Virus record (IMG/VR): IMGVR_UViG_3300036770_003657
Location: 186,001-250,000 of that record
Reading direction: 5' to 3' (one strand)
DNA: 64,000 bases
Shown: positions 1-10,241 of the stretch, piece by piece
Numbering within the stretch: position 1 is the first letter of the stretch
Layout: each line of letters opens with the position of its first letter
The notes under the pieces: model-generated
Seen by the model: the letters and a program-made list of their open reading frames with translations, nothing else
Database searches by the model: none
Told to the model about the DNA's origin: nothing
Position numbers and translations under genes: made by a program

Positions 1-645
1 ACTAATCATATTTTTAATAATGAGAATTTTTCTAAAATATCAGCAAAAGCAGTTAGTTCTAAAATAGATACGTTAGTCTTGCCTGCTAGTGGATTTTATT
101 CAGTTCATGCTTTTTCTCATTTTAGGCCTACTAAAATAATTTATTATGATATAGACAATGTTACTCTTAAGGCTAGAAAGTTAATTAATGAAACTTGGAA
201 TGGTGTTGATAATATTGACTTCGGCGATCTTTCTGTAAATATTTTTCAAGATAAAAATGTCAACAATATACAACTTGTTGATAATGAATGGATTAAAACT
301 AGAGAAGAAGCTTTAGAAATATGGAAAGATTTTCAAAAAGTTGACAAAGTGTACCATAATATTGATATTATAGAAGATTATGATAAACTTTTAGGAATTT
401 TGCCTGATAATAATATGTTTATTTGGTTAAATAGTATATATACTTATAGTACAAATATTTGGAACCATAGACCTAGTAAGATATTTAAATCTTATTTTTC
501 TCTTGTATATAGACTTATTGATTTCAAAAGTCAAATTTGGATAGATGTAAAAGAGCCTATGGGACAATATCGTTGTTTTGAAGTACATAAATATAGTCCA
601 GATGCTGTAGCTATGTCTTATGCTAATTATAAAAAATTTATATGA
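1..645 (+). CDS. Hypothetical protein, 5'-truncated by the window edge (possible methyltransferase-like fold)
   Basis: Frame is open from position 1 through the ORF-track start at 79. It resembles the middle region of the 1181..2728 protein (IIYYD..., F.WLNSIY.Y). Confidence 0.55.
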   Translation, partial: TNHIFNNENFSKISAKAVSSKIDTLVLPASGFYSVHAFSHFRPTKIIYYDIDNVTLKARKLINETWNGVDNIDFGDLSVNIFQDKNVNNIQLVDNEWIKTREEALEIWKDFQKVDKVYHNIDIIEDYDKLLGILPDNNMFIWLNSIYTYSTNIWNHRPSKIFKSYFSLVYRLIDFKSQIWIDVKEPMGQYRCFEVHKYSPDAVAMSYANYKKFI

Positions 646-1184
646 TTATTGCTGGTAATAAAAACTATGGGCTCGCTAAAGAATTATATAAATATTATCC
701 TGATGCCTTTTTTGCTAGTAGAACTACAGGATTTGATTTAACTAATTCTACTGATCAAAAAAAGTTAGCAGATTTAGTTTTGGAAAACAAAGTTTTTATT
801 AATTGTAGTGCTTTATGGAAGTTTAATCAAACTGTTTTATTAGACATAGTTTATAAAAAATGTTTAGAAAATAGTCATAGACCTTACATAATAAATGTTG
901 GATCAACAACAGATCGTGTAAAAAAAGGGGGGTCTTGGTTATATAATGCTGAAAAGAAAGCATTGAGAGATTATAGTAATACTTTAGGTATAAATGGAGT
1001 ATGGGATAAGGGACCGAAAGTGACCTTAATAAGTTTTGGGTCATTATCAAATGTACAGCAAAAGCATCCTAGTAGAAAATGTATTCCTATTGATATTGCT
1101 GCTTCCTATATAAAATGGATTTTAGAACAGCCTGAAAGTTTATGCATAAATGAAATAAGTATTGACCCGGTACAGTTTATATGA
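642..1184 (+). CDS. Short-chain dehydrogenase/reductase-like protein
   Basis: N-terminal IIAGNKNYGLA Rossmann-like motif, FINCS, IINVGS and catalytic YxxxK (YNAEK). Confidence 0.75.
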   Translation: MIIAGNKNYGLAKELYKYYPDAFFASRTTGFDLTNSTDQKKLADLVLENKVFINCSALWKFNQTVLLDIVYKKCLENSHRPYIINVGSTTDRVKKGGSWLYNAEKKALRDYSNTLGINGVWDKGPKVTLISFGSLSNVQQKHPSRKCIPIDIAASYIKWILEQPESLCINEISIDPVQFI

Positions 1185-2728
1185 AAATTAAAATAGGAAT
1201 ATTATTTAATGAACTAAATGTTGATAAGGAAATACTTTTTGTAAGGAATTATCTAGAAAATACATTAAGAGCATTCAATACAGATTCTTTTTTTTGGCAA
1301 AAAATTTCTGATATAGAAGAATCAGTAGACTATTTATTAGTTGTTAAAAATGATTTTGTCATTATAAATGCTGATTTATTTGTTCAAAATTTGATAAATT
1401 TATGTGATAATTCTACTTATGAAACAGAAGAGTTTGTATTTACTAAAAAAAATAATTCTGTAGAAACGAGCAAAAAGTTAGAATTATATTATTCCAGTAC
1501 TTATCTTGCATATGATAGATTCAAAAGAGAGTATGACGGTCACGGTAGTAAATTTTTTTTAAAATATTGGGCGTATAATTCTGAAGTTATACCTTATCAA
1601 ATTCCACCACGAACAGATTGCTTGCTAGTTATAGGTGCAGGATTATTGCCTTTGGCTGCTATATCGCATTTAGAAAATCCTGCTACAATAATTATAATTG
1701 ATCATAATAAAAATTGCATTGATTTTCAAAAATTTTTAATAAACAATTTTGATTACATTAAGAATAGTAATTCTTACCACAATTTAGTTGATAACTATAC
1801 AATAGAAAATAGACAAGATTATTGTAATATCAAAAATAATAATAATTTAGAAGTTATTTTAAAAAATTTAGATAAAATACGGAAAAGATTAAATGATAGT
1901 AATATTTTATATTTTTATAATGATATTACTGAACCAAATTTAGAAATATTAGATATTATAAGAAAATCTAATAACCCATATGTATATTTTAGTAATGTAT
2001 TTTGTTATACACCTACTTTATTTGAAAAATCTAATAAAGAAGTTTTTGAAACTTTTTTAAATATGTTATTAGGTTCAAATCTTAACTTAAAATGGCAAGG
2101 TGAATCCTATAATAGATGTTGGTCCACCAATTATGTTAAAAATTCTGATGAGAAATATTATTGGCCAATAAACATTCAAGTGCCTTACACAGAATTTTTG
2201 AAAGAAATTGAAGTATTAGAATCTAAAAATTTATTTGTAAAACACCGAGAAGCTGATCAATATAAGGGTATTTATTTTAATCATGGATGGGAAAGTTTTT
2301 GCATTTGCGGAATAAGTTACAATAAAACTCATGGATCCGAAAAATATGGATATACAGAGGAAACTGCTCCTTATAGGTTTACTCCTCAAGCTATGGAAAA
2401 TTGTCCTAAGCTTGTTGAATGGTTTAGAACTAACAATTTTAAAGATAGATATCATAGAGTTAGAGTAATGAAATTAAAACCTGGAGGATTAATAGGTATT
2501 CATTATGATAATGAAAACCATAATGCTGTAGCAACTAATATAGCAATTAATAATCCTGATAATTGTGAGATGCATTTTATTAATAGGAAATTTCAATATT
2601 TAGGAAAAGTTCCTTGGAAAGCAGGTGATGTTTATAAAATACGAATAGGTCTTTATCATTATGTTATTAATATGAGCAAAGAAGATAGATATCATTTAAT
2701 AGTTCATGGCACAGGTGGTATTCTATGA
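1181..2728 (+). CDS. Multidomain protein with C-terminal aspartyl/asparaginyl beta-hydroxylase-like (2OG-Fe(II)/cupin) domain
   Basis: C-terminal RVRVMKLKPGGLIGIHYD (HxD) ... HYVINMSKEDRYHLIVHG. Central GAG/IIIID region resembles a Rossmann/MTase fold. Confidence 0.7.
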   Translation: MKIKIGILFNELNVDKEILFVRNYLENTLRAFNTDSFFWQKISDIEESVDYLLVVKNDFVIINADLFVQNLINLCDNSTYETEEFVFTKKNNSVETSKKLELYYSSTYLAYDRFKREYDGHGSKFFLKYWAYNSEVIPYQIPPRTDCLLVIGAGLLPLAAISHLENPATIIIIDHNKNCIDFQKFLINNFDYIKNSNSYHNLVDNYTIENRQDYCNIKNNNNLEVILKNLDKIRKRLNDSNILYFYNDITEPNLEILDIIRKSNNPYVYFSNVFCYTPTLFEKSNKEVFETFLNMLLGSNLNLKWQGESYNRCWSTNYVKNSDEKYYWPINIQVPYTEFLKEIEVLESKNLFVKHREADQYKGIYFNHGWESFCICGISYNKTHGSEKYGYTEETAPYRFTPQAMENCPKLVEWFRTNNFKDRYHRVRVMKLKPGGLIGIHYDNENHNAVATNIAINNPDNCEMHFINRKFQYLGKVPWKAGDVYKIRIGLYHYVINMSKEDRYHLIVHGTGGIL

Positions 2729-3459
2729 TATTTGATAAAAATTTATTAGATGAAGTCAATAATAAATTTGGTGTGGTACCACTGGATGATTTAGTTATTT
2801 TAATGTATATTGTAAAACATTTAACACCATACCAACATGTTCTAGAAATTGGATCATGGTTAGGAAGAAGTGCTTATGCAATGGCTAGAATCAAGAATCC
2901 AGATGTAGTACTGCATCTTGTGGATCCTTTTCAAAGTAATCCAGATAATGGGAATTTTAAAACTACAAGTTGGGATATTTTAAATCATTACTATAAATTT
3001 AAGAAAGTCTGTAGTTATATGGATGAAAAGCTTATAGAATCTTATAGAGATAAAATTGTAGAACATAATTATGATAATTTGCCTTTAGTAAAAGAAATTT
3101 TAAGTGATTTTTCTTCTTCAATTAATTATCATAAGTGTTACAGTAAGGATTTTACAATTACATTTCATCCTGCTTTTTCTTTTGTAGATGGTGATCATAC
3201 TTATGAAGGATGCAGGGCCGATTTAGAAAAAATAGGTTTTTATGATGAATTAGTAGCGGTTCATGATTTTGACCAAAAAGAAGTTATGCAAGCTACATTA
3301 GACTATATAAAAGAAACTAAAAAAGAATTCCGAGTATTTAATAATAATAGGTTATGTATTATCTTAGATAAAGATAAGAATTGGCTTCCTATTATAAATG
3401 AATTAAGATTGCAAATTAAACTAGGATATGGATATGAATATAGGAATTTTTGGCGATAG
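2725..3459 (+). CDS. Class I SAM-dependent methyltransferase (Methyltransf_24-like)
   Basis: VLEIGSWLGRS, LVDPF, FVDGDHTYEG..D and VHD motifs. Confidence 0.8.
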   Translation: MIFDKNLLDEVNNKFGVVPLDDLVILMYIVKHLTPYQHVLEIGSWLGRSAYAMARIKNPDVVLHLVDPFQSNPDNGNFKTTSWDILNHYYKFKKVCSYMDEKLIESYRDKIVEHNYDNLPLVKEILSDFSSSINYHKCYSKDFTITFHPAFSFVDGDHTYEGCRADLEKIGFYDELVAVHDFDQKEVMQATLDYIKETKKEFRVFNNNRLCIILDKDKNWLPIINELRLQIKLGYGYEYRNFWR

Positions 3460-4135
3460 TTATGCAGTTGCTCAAAAGGAGCACGGTAATGATACTTTAT
3501 CTTGGGTTGATATTGTAGCATCACAATATAGAGTTACGAATTTAAGTCAAGCTGGGTCTGGATTATACTATATGTATACTAAATTTATTGAAAATAATCA
3601 AAAATTTGATAAAATTGTTTTTTTAATCACCAACTCAGGCAGACTTTATATAGATGAATGTAAGATTCAACAACATTTTGTAAATTATGAGCAATGTGAA
3701 TATCTTTATAGCATGGCTGAAGACCTTAAAGATAAAAAAATTATAGATGCTATAAAATCTTATTATTCTTATGTGAAACAGGATAGTTTCGATTTATTTG
3801 TGCATGATTTAATAATTGAAAAAATTAAAAGCATTAGGAATGATGTTTTATTCATACCTTGCTATTCAGAAAATTTACAATCTCTATCAAATAAAAATTG
3901 TCTTTTTCAAGCCTGTGTTATAGATTGGGCAGGATATAACATCAATGGAAATGAAGCTCATGCTAATAAACGATATGTAGATAAGCGTCATGGGCACATG
4001 AACGAACCTAATAATCGTATACTAGGTGAAGAAGTATTGAAATATTTAAGATTAGGGTCTTTTAATATAGAAAATTGTAAGTGGATATTTGATGAAAGTA
4101 AACCTTTAGAATTTTATTTTGATAAAAAATATTAA
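3428..4135 (+). CDS. SGNH/GDSL-hydrolase-like protein
   Basis: IGIFGDSY block I, NLSQAGSG block II, C-terminal GHMNEPNN. Confidence 0.6.
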   Translation: MDMNIGIFGDSYAVAQKEHGNDTLSWVDIVASQYRVTNLSQAGSGLYYMYTKFIENNQKFDKIVFLITNSGRLYIDECKIQQHFVNYEQCEYLYSMAEDLKDKKIIDAIKSYYSYVKQDSFDLFVHDLIIEKIKSIRNDVLFIPCYSENLQSLSNKNCLFQACVIDWAGYNINGNEAHANKRYVDKRHGHMNEPNNRILGEEVLKYLRLGSFNIENCKWIFDESKPLEFYFDKKY

Positions 4136-4166
4136 TAGAGTTTTAATGTAAAATAATTGGAATAAT

Positions 4167-5372
4167 ATGTCAGAAAATTTAACTTACAGTGCTTATGATT
4201 TTACCAAAATTCCTTATGATGACATTGTAAGGGTAGGCCAACGTACAATGCTATACAAAGATTTGTTTACAGTAAGTTGGTTATTAGGAAGATATTGTAA
4301 TTATAGATGCAGTTATTGCTGGCCATATGCTAGAAGTGATACAAAAGATCATAGACCTACAGAACTATGCTTAAAAACAATTGATGAAATAAAAGGACAA
4401 GCTAGGGAAAGAAATTTTAATAGTTTTCATTTTAGTTTGAGTGGTGGTGAACCAACCTTTCATCCTGGATATATCAAGATATTAGAATATTTAAATGATG
4501 ATGTTGAAAATACAAATTACACAAGTGTACATATGACAAGTAATATGAGCCGACCTATTAAATGGTTTGAAGAAAACTATTGTCCCGCTGTAAGTAAGTT
4601 TCATAGAGCTAGTATAACTGCTAGTTTACATACTGAACATGTTGATACTAAAGAAAAAATGCAAGAGTTTGCAGATAAATTAATACTATGCCAAGAGCAT
4701 GATGTACAAATTACTATCAATATGGTAATGGTTCCTGAGTGGTTCAATAAAGATTATGATAATGCGTTATTTTTTCATGAACAAGGTATTAACGTAACAC
4801 TAAAACCACAAAGTGATCCCACTGCTAGTAGAGTAGTGGATGGTTATACTAAAGAAATGTTGGCCAAATTACATAATGGAATGCCCCAGAGAGCATTCAC
4901 AGAAGATAAGGCCAATAAAGCTAAAAAGGTTAAAAGACCAGAACCAAAATTTTATAAAACTCCCGATCCTATTTTTAAAGAAGAAAATAGTAAAATTCCA
5001 CAACATTTTCAAGTTGAATTCGTAGATTCGAAAAAGAAAATTTGGTATATGGATCAAGCAGAGCGATTTAATGCTTTTAACTTCAATAGGTTTAATGGAT
5101 GGGAATGTAGCAGTGGGTATAGAGGAATAATAATCAGGGAACCTGATGGAAGTATTAAGAGGAGTTATAGTTGTTATGATAAACCTATTGGCAATATAGA
5201 GACTGGGTTTAAATTATATGATGGTCCGAAACCATGTTCTAGTCCAAGTTGTGTAAGTAGTGCAGACAGTAAAATACCTAAAAGAGCTCCAGGTACGCAA
5301 CTACCATTATGGCCAGGTGATAAAACCTATCTAAAGTCAGAAACTAGTGGAAATACTTTGGCTATTACTTGA
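4167..5372 (+). CDS. Radical SAM protein with C-terminal SPASM/twitch-like Cys motif
   Basis: CNYRCSYC (CxxxCxxC), SGGEPT, and C-terminal C..G...I..DG....C ... C....C. Confidence 0.9.
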   Translation: MSENLTYSAYDFTKIPYDDIVRVGQRTMLYKDLFTVSWLLGRYCNYRCSYCWPYARSDTKDHRPTELCLKTIDEIKGQARERNFNSFHFSLSGGEPTFHPGYIKILEYLNDDVENTNYTSVHMTSNMSRPIKWFEENYCPAVSKFHRASITASLHTEHVDTKEKMQEFADKLILCQEHDVQITINMVMVPEWFNKDYDNALFFHEQGINVTLKPQSDPTASRVVDGYTKEMLAKLHNGMPQRAFTEDKANKAKKVKRPEPKFYKTPDPIFKEENSKIPQHFQVEFVDSKKKIWYMDQAERFNAFNFNRFNGWECSSGYRGIIIREPDGSIKRSYSCYDKPIGNIETGFKLYDGPKPCSSPSCVSSADSKIPKRAPGTQLPLWPGDKTYLKSETSGNTLAIT

Positions 5373-6001
5373 GCACAAACTCTAGCAATTGCCTGATGCT
5401 CCAATTGAGTGCCATTAGCACTGCGTAGTTCAACATAGTGTATCCAACTACGCAAAGTACCATTCATGTATAACTTACTTTCCATAATACCCTCAGGCAA
5501 TACAGCACGAGCTTGTTCTTTAGCTATGCCATTATTGACAGCCCAAGTGTAGGCTTTTCTAGCGGCCTTAATGACTTCTTCTTGTTGTTGAATCCACTGT
5601 TCTCTGAGTACACTATGTTCAATGGTAGCATCGAGTTCAATACTGTTTTGTCTATTTTTGGTGTCCTGCAAGCGGGCTTCTCTAAATACGAACGAGAGGT
5701 CTTTAGTAGGGTCAGCGTATCGCTGGCTGAATTCTTGGAAACTAAAACTTCTGTGTCTGAGTATTTGTCGGGCAATGTCTCTTGTGGTTGTAATTTCGAG
5801 GCAGGCACTGACCATTTCCAGCGGGCTCCAGTGTTGGTGGTTAACCAAGTATCTGATGAGTCGTTGGCTTGTCTCCGTGTTGAGCTGATTGCTTGGATTG
5901 GAGACACGGGCGCAGAAAGCAACAAGGTCCTGCGCATCCTCGATACCGTGAGATCTAAATTCCTCAGTGGGTTGGGAGTAGGAGACAAGTTTAACATTCA
6001 T
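5327..6001 (-). CDS. thyX: Flavin-dependent thymidylate synthase
   Basis: HWSPLE and the ThyX motif RQILRHRSFSFQEFSQRY, plus EQARAVLP and TQLEH. Confidence 0.96.
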   Translation of the reverse strand: MNVKLVSYSQPTEEFRSHGIEDAQDLVAFCARVSNPSNQLNTETSQRLIRYLVNHQHWSPLEMVSACLEITTTRDIARQILRHRSFSFQEFSQRYADPTKDLSFVFREARLQDTKNRQNSIELDATIEHSVLREQWIQQQEEVIKAARKAYTWAVNNGIAKEQARAVLPEGIMESKLYMNGTLRSWIHYVELRSANGTQLEHQAIARVCAQVIAKVFPLVSDFR

Positions 6002-6312
6002 TTGAGCCTTCTTTTAAGAAATTTATTAGTTTGCTTGGTTACATCACGCTTAATTTTATCTGTATCTAATTTAAAATCTATGCTATCAATATGACGTTTA
6101 TAATTCATTATGATTTCATATATGTTTTGTTCTATAGATTGCCAATTTTCGTTTCTAAATTCTGGTTTAATATCAATGTTCCAAACTCTTTTATCTTTGA
6201 ATTTAACATGTACACCAGACAAATATTGAATTGGTACTACATTTAACTTTACTTCATCAAAAATCTCAGGCCAACTTTCCACGACATCCTTACTTAGTTT
6301 TTTTATTAGCAT
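5998..6312 (-). CDS. Hypothetical protein
   Basis: ORF tightly overlapping its neighbours in the operon. Confidence 0.6.
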   Translation of the reverse strand: MLIKKLSKDVVESWPEIFDEVKLNVVPIQYLSGVHVKFKDKRVWNIDIKPEFRNENWQSIEQNIYEIIMNYKRHIDSIDFKLDTDKIKRDVTKQTNKFLKRRLK

Positions 6313-6916
6313 TTCGTTTGGTAGGCACCAGCTCTTCGGCTTGCCGTCTTAGGTCAGCGGCCTGTTTGCTAAGTTTATCAGCTTCACCTCTCAACTTAGT
6401 GGCACGTTGTTCAATAGTTAAAACTGGCTCTACTACCGGTTGCTCCGTTAATTCAGTTTCAGTATTAGTTACAGGAACTTCGTTAACCTGTGCTATATCC
6501 TGCACCTCAACATTTGGATCTTTTGCAGTTTCAGTTAAGGCTAAATCATTTACAGCTACCCCTTTTTGTTCTGCAATCATCATATTAAGCTCATCAAGCC
6601 TAATAGTTGTTTGAAAGTTGGGGATCATTTCAACTTCATCGGTAGGAACTTTAACTAGCTTGCCTTGTTTGTGTAAACTTGCTAACATAACACTACCATC
6701 TGTAAAGTGATTTCTTGCTAGCACTTCAGCAAATTCGAAACTATTTTGAGCTGCATTACTTTCGACCAAACTGATCAAAGTGTCATGATAGGAATCTTGA
6801 ACAGCTTCTGTAGGAATTACTAAACAATTATATGCATCACCAGGTAATGTTCTGTATGCAACAATACATTTCCTCTTATTCTTAACAAATCTGCCTATGT
6901 GTTTTAAATTAGTCAT
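6290..6916 (-). CDS. Hypothetical protein with C-terminal coiled coil
   Basis: 208-aa ORF in operon context. Confidence 0.65.
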   Translation of the reverse strand: MTNLKHIGRFVKNKRKCIVAYRTLPGDAYNCLVIPTEAVQDSYHDTLISLVESNAAQNSFEFAEVLARNHFTDGSVMLASLHKQGKLVKVPTDEVEMIPNFQTTIRLDELNMMIAEQKGVAVNDLALTETAKDPNVEVQDIAQVNEVPVTNTETELTEQPVVEPVLTIEQRATKLRGEADKLSKQAADLRRQAEELVPTKRNANKKTK

Positions 6917-7124
6917 TACCTTGTCCCTTTGATTGATCTAAAAACTTAGCTAACTTATTATACACCCTACCAACTGCTTCCATTTCATTAGCCTTAAATG
7001 ATCCTCTACTATTCGTAATTTCAATAATTTGCTTTAGTGCATTTAGATCATTAATATTTAGGTCATCGTTTGATTGTTCTGGCTCACGCTCTGGTTCTTT
7101 TTCTGGAATAGATTTTGTAACCAT
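6909..7124 (-). CDS. Hypothetical protein
   Basis: GAGGAG RBS upstream; overlaps the next gene. Confidence 0.6.
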   Translation of the reverse strand: MVTKSIPEKEPEREPEQSNDDLNINDLNALKQIIEITNSRGSFKANEMEAVGRVYNKLAKFLDQSKGQGND

Positions 7125-7171
7125 ATTATCTCCTCAGTATATATCTATATATCTGGTTTAGGATAAAATGT

Positions 7172-7450
7172 TTACAATTCTGAATATCCTAATAAAAAGA
7201 AACTTAATTCTTTCTGTTCTTCAAAACCAATCTTAGTTGCGTAGGTAATAGTATTAGTGCTATCTAAAATTAAAGTTTGGCCAATGTAATATCTACCATT
7301 CAAATTTTGATATATCCAATCATCTACACTCATACTACGATTAGGATTGTAGCGATTTCTAGTGGTATAATGAAAATGGCGAGCCGGAAACCGCACTCGC
7401 CGCAAATCCAACAAATTTAAAGGATTTGGCTTGCCATGCTTAAGAGCCAT
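7172..7450 (-). CDS. Hypothetical protein
   Basis: TAATG coupling with the upstream VWA gene. Confidence 0.6.
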   Translation of the reverse strand: MALKHGKPNPLNLLDLRRVRFPARHFHYTTRNRYNPNRSMSVDDWIYQNLNGRYYIGQTLILDSTNTITYATKIGFEEQKELSFFLLGYSEL

Positions 7451-8634
7451 TATGCTTGAGCCTCTTCCTCATAGTAAGCATAAGCACCAAAGGGAGGAAC
7501 AATACTGGTAGTACCGTGTATAATAAACAAGGTATCGCAATAGTTCTCATCACCCCATGATCCAAAAGGATAGCCATCAGTAAACATAATAAACTTTTTA
7601 GGACTATAGTCTGTTTCCTTCATATAGTTCCAGTTAGCCTCAAAGTCAGTACCACCACCACCTTTGAGTTCATAGCCTAAAATGTCATCATTGTATCCAT
7701 CAAAGTCCGCCTCATTGTATACTCTAGTATCAAAACACCATACTTTGATCTTAAAGTCTTTGTACTCATCCATAATGCCTTTGATCTCGCTGAGGAAGTC
7801 TTTAGCCATACTATCGCTAATACTACCACTCATATCAATACCAACAGCAATATCAATAGTCTCATCGTTCTTAAGACCTGGAAGTATAGCACCAGTATGC
7901 CAACCTTTACGATTAGGACGCTGAAAACTGTAGTCATTCTTAATCAAACTTTGAATCTGCTGACGTAGCATTTGACGCCAATTGATCTTGGGCTCAGTAA
8001 GATCCTTAATAAGTCGTGCTACACTGGCGGGAGTATTACCAGCACCCGCAGCATTAGCAGCCTGCATAGTAGCCTCACGAACTTCATCACGAATCTGTTT
8101 AAGTTCTTCTTTAGTGTATTGTGGACGACTACCTTTACCGTCACTATCACCCTCCCAGTCAATATGCTCGTCTAATAACTTACCCAATGCTTCAAGTTCT
8201 TCCTCATCATACTTTTCCATCAGTTCATCATAGACCTGTTCCGCACTCTTACCATAATGAGTCTGATCATGAAAGATTGGAATCTTAGGAGGTTGATCGC
8301 CAATCTTGTCACGAATTAATTGACCGTTTACACAATAGTCTGCGGCAATGTTGTAGATTTTAGGATTGCGACTTTCACGACGACCCATATGATCGAACAC
8401 GTTATGGAGAATCTCATGAGCAACTACGAACTCTACATTCTTAGTAGAGAGTTCTTCAAAAAATTGTCGATTGTAGTATAGAGCACGTCCATCAGTGGCC
8501 GCAGTTTGACACCAATCGCTAGCATCAATGATCTTCAAGCGAGTAGCCATATTGCCAAAAAACGGGTGACGTAATAGTAAGCCAACACGGGCAATAATAA
8601 TCTTGTCTATTACGGGATCTAAACTATGTTGCAT
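7450..8634 (-). CDS. DUF2201-like metallopeptidase + VWA domain protein
   Basis: TAATDG, HExxH (AHEILH), MIDAS DMSGS, GGGGTDF and FTDG. Confidence 0.88.
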   Translation of the reverse strand: MQHSLDPVIDKIIIARVGLLLRHPFFGNMATRLKIIDASDWCQTAATDGRALYYNRQFFEELSTKNVEFVVAHEILHNVFDHMGRRESRNPKIYNIAADYCVNGQLIRDKIGDQPPKIPIFHDQTHYGKSAEQVYDELMEKYDEEELEALGKLLDEHIDWEGDSDGKGSRPQYTKEELKQIRDEVREATMQAANAAGAGNTPASVARLIKDLTEPKINWRQMLRQQIQSLIKNDYSFQRPNRKGWHTGAILPGLKNDETIDIAVGIDMSGSISDSMAKDFLSEIKGIMDEYKDFKIKVWCFDTRVYNEADFDGYNDDILGYELKGGGGTDFEANWNYMKETDYSPKKFIMFTDGYPFGSWGDENYCDTLFIIHGTTSIVPPFGAYAYYEEEAQA

Positions 8635-8656
8635 GATATCTCCTTAACAAAAGCAT

Positions 8657-8685
8657 ATTATAACAGGGGTCTGTGCCCCTGTCAA
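8657..8685 (-). promoter_or_regulatory. Consensus sigma70 early promoter (TTGACA-N17-TATAAT); spacer contains an ACAGGGG/CCCCTGT hairpin
   Basis: tgtcaa at 8680-8685 and attata at 8657-8662 on the + strand, 17-nt spacer. Confidence 0.85.
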
Positions 8686-8686
8686 T

Positions 8687-9778
8687 TTATTTGCGCTCAG
8701 TAGCGGCACTAATATACTTACCAAACTTAGCGTGGAAGTCATCAAAGCATTCAATCTCATCTGGATCTAACGGAAGTTGATATTGGGTAAGAGCAAGTTT
8801 AGTGCTCATAATAACCAATTCAGTCTCAAAGTTCTCCATAATAAAGCCAAAGAAGTTATTGACCTGCTTGTTCCAATTCTTAGCCTTCTTGTCTGCTGAA
8901 TCCTTAAGCTCATAACACAATGAAACTGCCAAACTGTACATAGCACTGATCTCTTTTGACTCCATTTTCTTAACCTTACCGCTAAGGATGTCAGTGGGGT
9001 CAGGCATCTTGCTGGCAACTTTGCGATGTGCCATAAACTTAAGTGCCAAACCTTCACCTACTGCGCCTGAGATAAGGTCAGTTAAGGTGTTCTCATCACA
9101 GTCATCATCCTCAAGTAACTCGCTAACAAAGGTCCAGCTACGTGGAGTAGCAAAAGCACGGCTTGAACTCTTAGGATCAAAGTCATAAAGATCTTTCTTT
9201 GAGAAGGTCAAGTAGCCAACTACATCCTTATGGATACGATTCTCGGTAGCCCAAAAACTGTAGTCTTCCCAATCTACCTTCATCTCCAAGTGTACAAAAC
9301 GATTGGCTAACGGAGCAGGCATACGATAAGTTACACCCTTATCACCCTCACGGTTACCAGCAGCCACCAATACTACATTTTTTGGAAGCACATAAGTACC
9401 TACACGGCGGTTAAGTACCAATTGATAAGCCGCTGCCTGTACAGCAGGAGGAGCACTATTCATTTCATCCATAAAGAGGATGATCTTGTCGTGCTGTGAT
9501 GCCATCTCAGCATCAGGCAATTCTACTGGGGGAGCCCAAACCATTTTGCTGGTGTTGCTGTCAAAGTATGGGATACCTTTAATATCAGTGGGTTCCCAAA
9601 GAGAGAGACGAACATCGATAACGTGAGCACCGATATCTGCTCCAATTTGTTTAACAATGTCTGACTTGCCAATACCTGGAGGACCCCACAAGAACAAGGG
9701 ACGCTGTTTAGCAAAGCCTTTGAGAATAGCTTTTTTGGCGCCACGGGGGCCTACAGTGCGGCTTACAATCTCGGTCAT
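8687..9778 (-). CDS. MoxR-like AAA+ ATPase
   Basis: Walker A GPPGIGKS, Walker B ILFMDE, AAGN, LANRF and TPRSW; adjacent to the VWA gene. Confidence 0.9.
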   Translation of the reverse strand: MTEIVSRTVGPRGAKKAILKGFAKQRPLFLWGPPGIGKSDIVKQIGADIGAHVIDVRLSLWEPTDIKGIPYFDSNTSKMVWAPPVELPDAEMASQHDKIILFMDEMNSAPPAVQAAAYQLVLNRRVGTYVLPKNVVLVAAGNREGDKGVTYRMPAPLANRFVHLEMKVDWEDYSFWATENRIHKDVVGYLTFSKKDLYDFDPKSSSRAFATPRSWTFVSELLEDDDCDENTLTDLISGAVGEGLALKFMAHRKVASKMPDPTDILSGKVKKMESKEISAMYSLAVSLCYELKDSADKKAKNWNKQVNNFFGFIMENFETELVIMSTKLALTQYQLPLDPDEIECFDDFHAKFGKYISAATERK

Positions 9779-9821
9779 TTTTGCTTCCTTATTAAAGTTG
9801 AAATAGTGTTGCTATGTTCGT

Positions 9822-9850
9822 ATTATACGACAGGTCCACTATCTAGTCAA
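9822..9850 (-). promoter_or_regulatory. sigma70 early promoter (TTGACT-N17-TATAAT)
   Basis: agtcaa at 9845-9850 and attata at 9822-9827. Confidence 0.8.
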
Positions 9851-10241
9851 GCAAATCAGCCTCTTTTTGTTGCTTTTTGAGCGCCTTCATTAAGCCAAAT
9901 TTGCGTATATCGTCAGCGAAGAAGTGTAGTTCAAATGCCTTTTTTTCACTGAAAACGGTGAGGCTGTGTCTGGTTAAGTAGTATGGGCAATCCAAAAATT
10001 GATCGAAAAAGATAATCAATTGTGGATTCAATTCGATTTCTTCGGTAAATGGTACTGTATAGTCTTTTAATTTCATTTCCGAAATCAAATATTCGCAGCC
10101 TTTTTCGGTAAGCCTAAGTCCACCTACTTCTTTGGTGCGTGTATTCATAAACCAAGTTTTATGATATATTCGAACGTTGGCTTCGTCTATACTCTTATTT
10201 TGAGTTTGAAGGAATATTTTGGTATAGGTCTTACTATTCAT
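9843..10241 (-). CDS. Hypothetical protein
   Basis: 132-aa ORF in operon. Confidence 0.6.
   Translation of the reverse strand: MNSKTYTKIFLQTQNKSIDEANVRIYHKTWFMNTRTKEVGGLRLTEKGCEYLISEMKLKDYTVPFTEEIELNPQLIIFFDQFLDCPYYLTRHSLTVFSEKKAFELHFFADDIRKFGLMKALKKQQKEADLLD

Noticed and set aside
5513-6094. Long alternative-frame and antisense ORFs over thyX (and similar ones over polB, clpA and the lipoprotein gene)
   Set aside because: No RBS or recognisable motifs; explained as shadow ORFs of well-supported genes.
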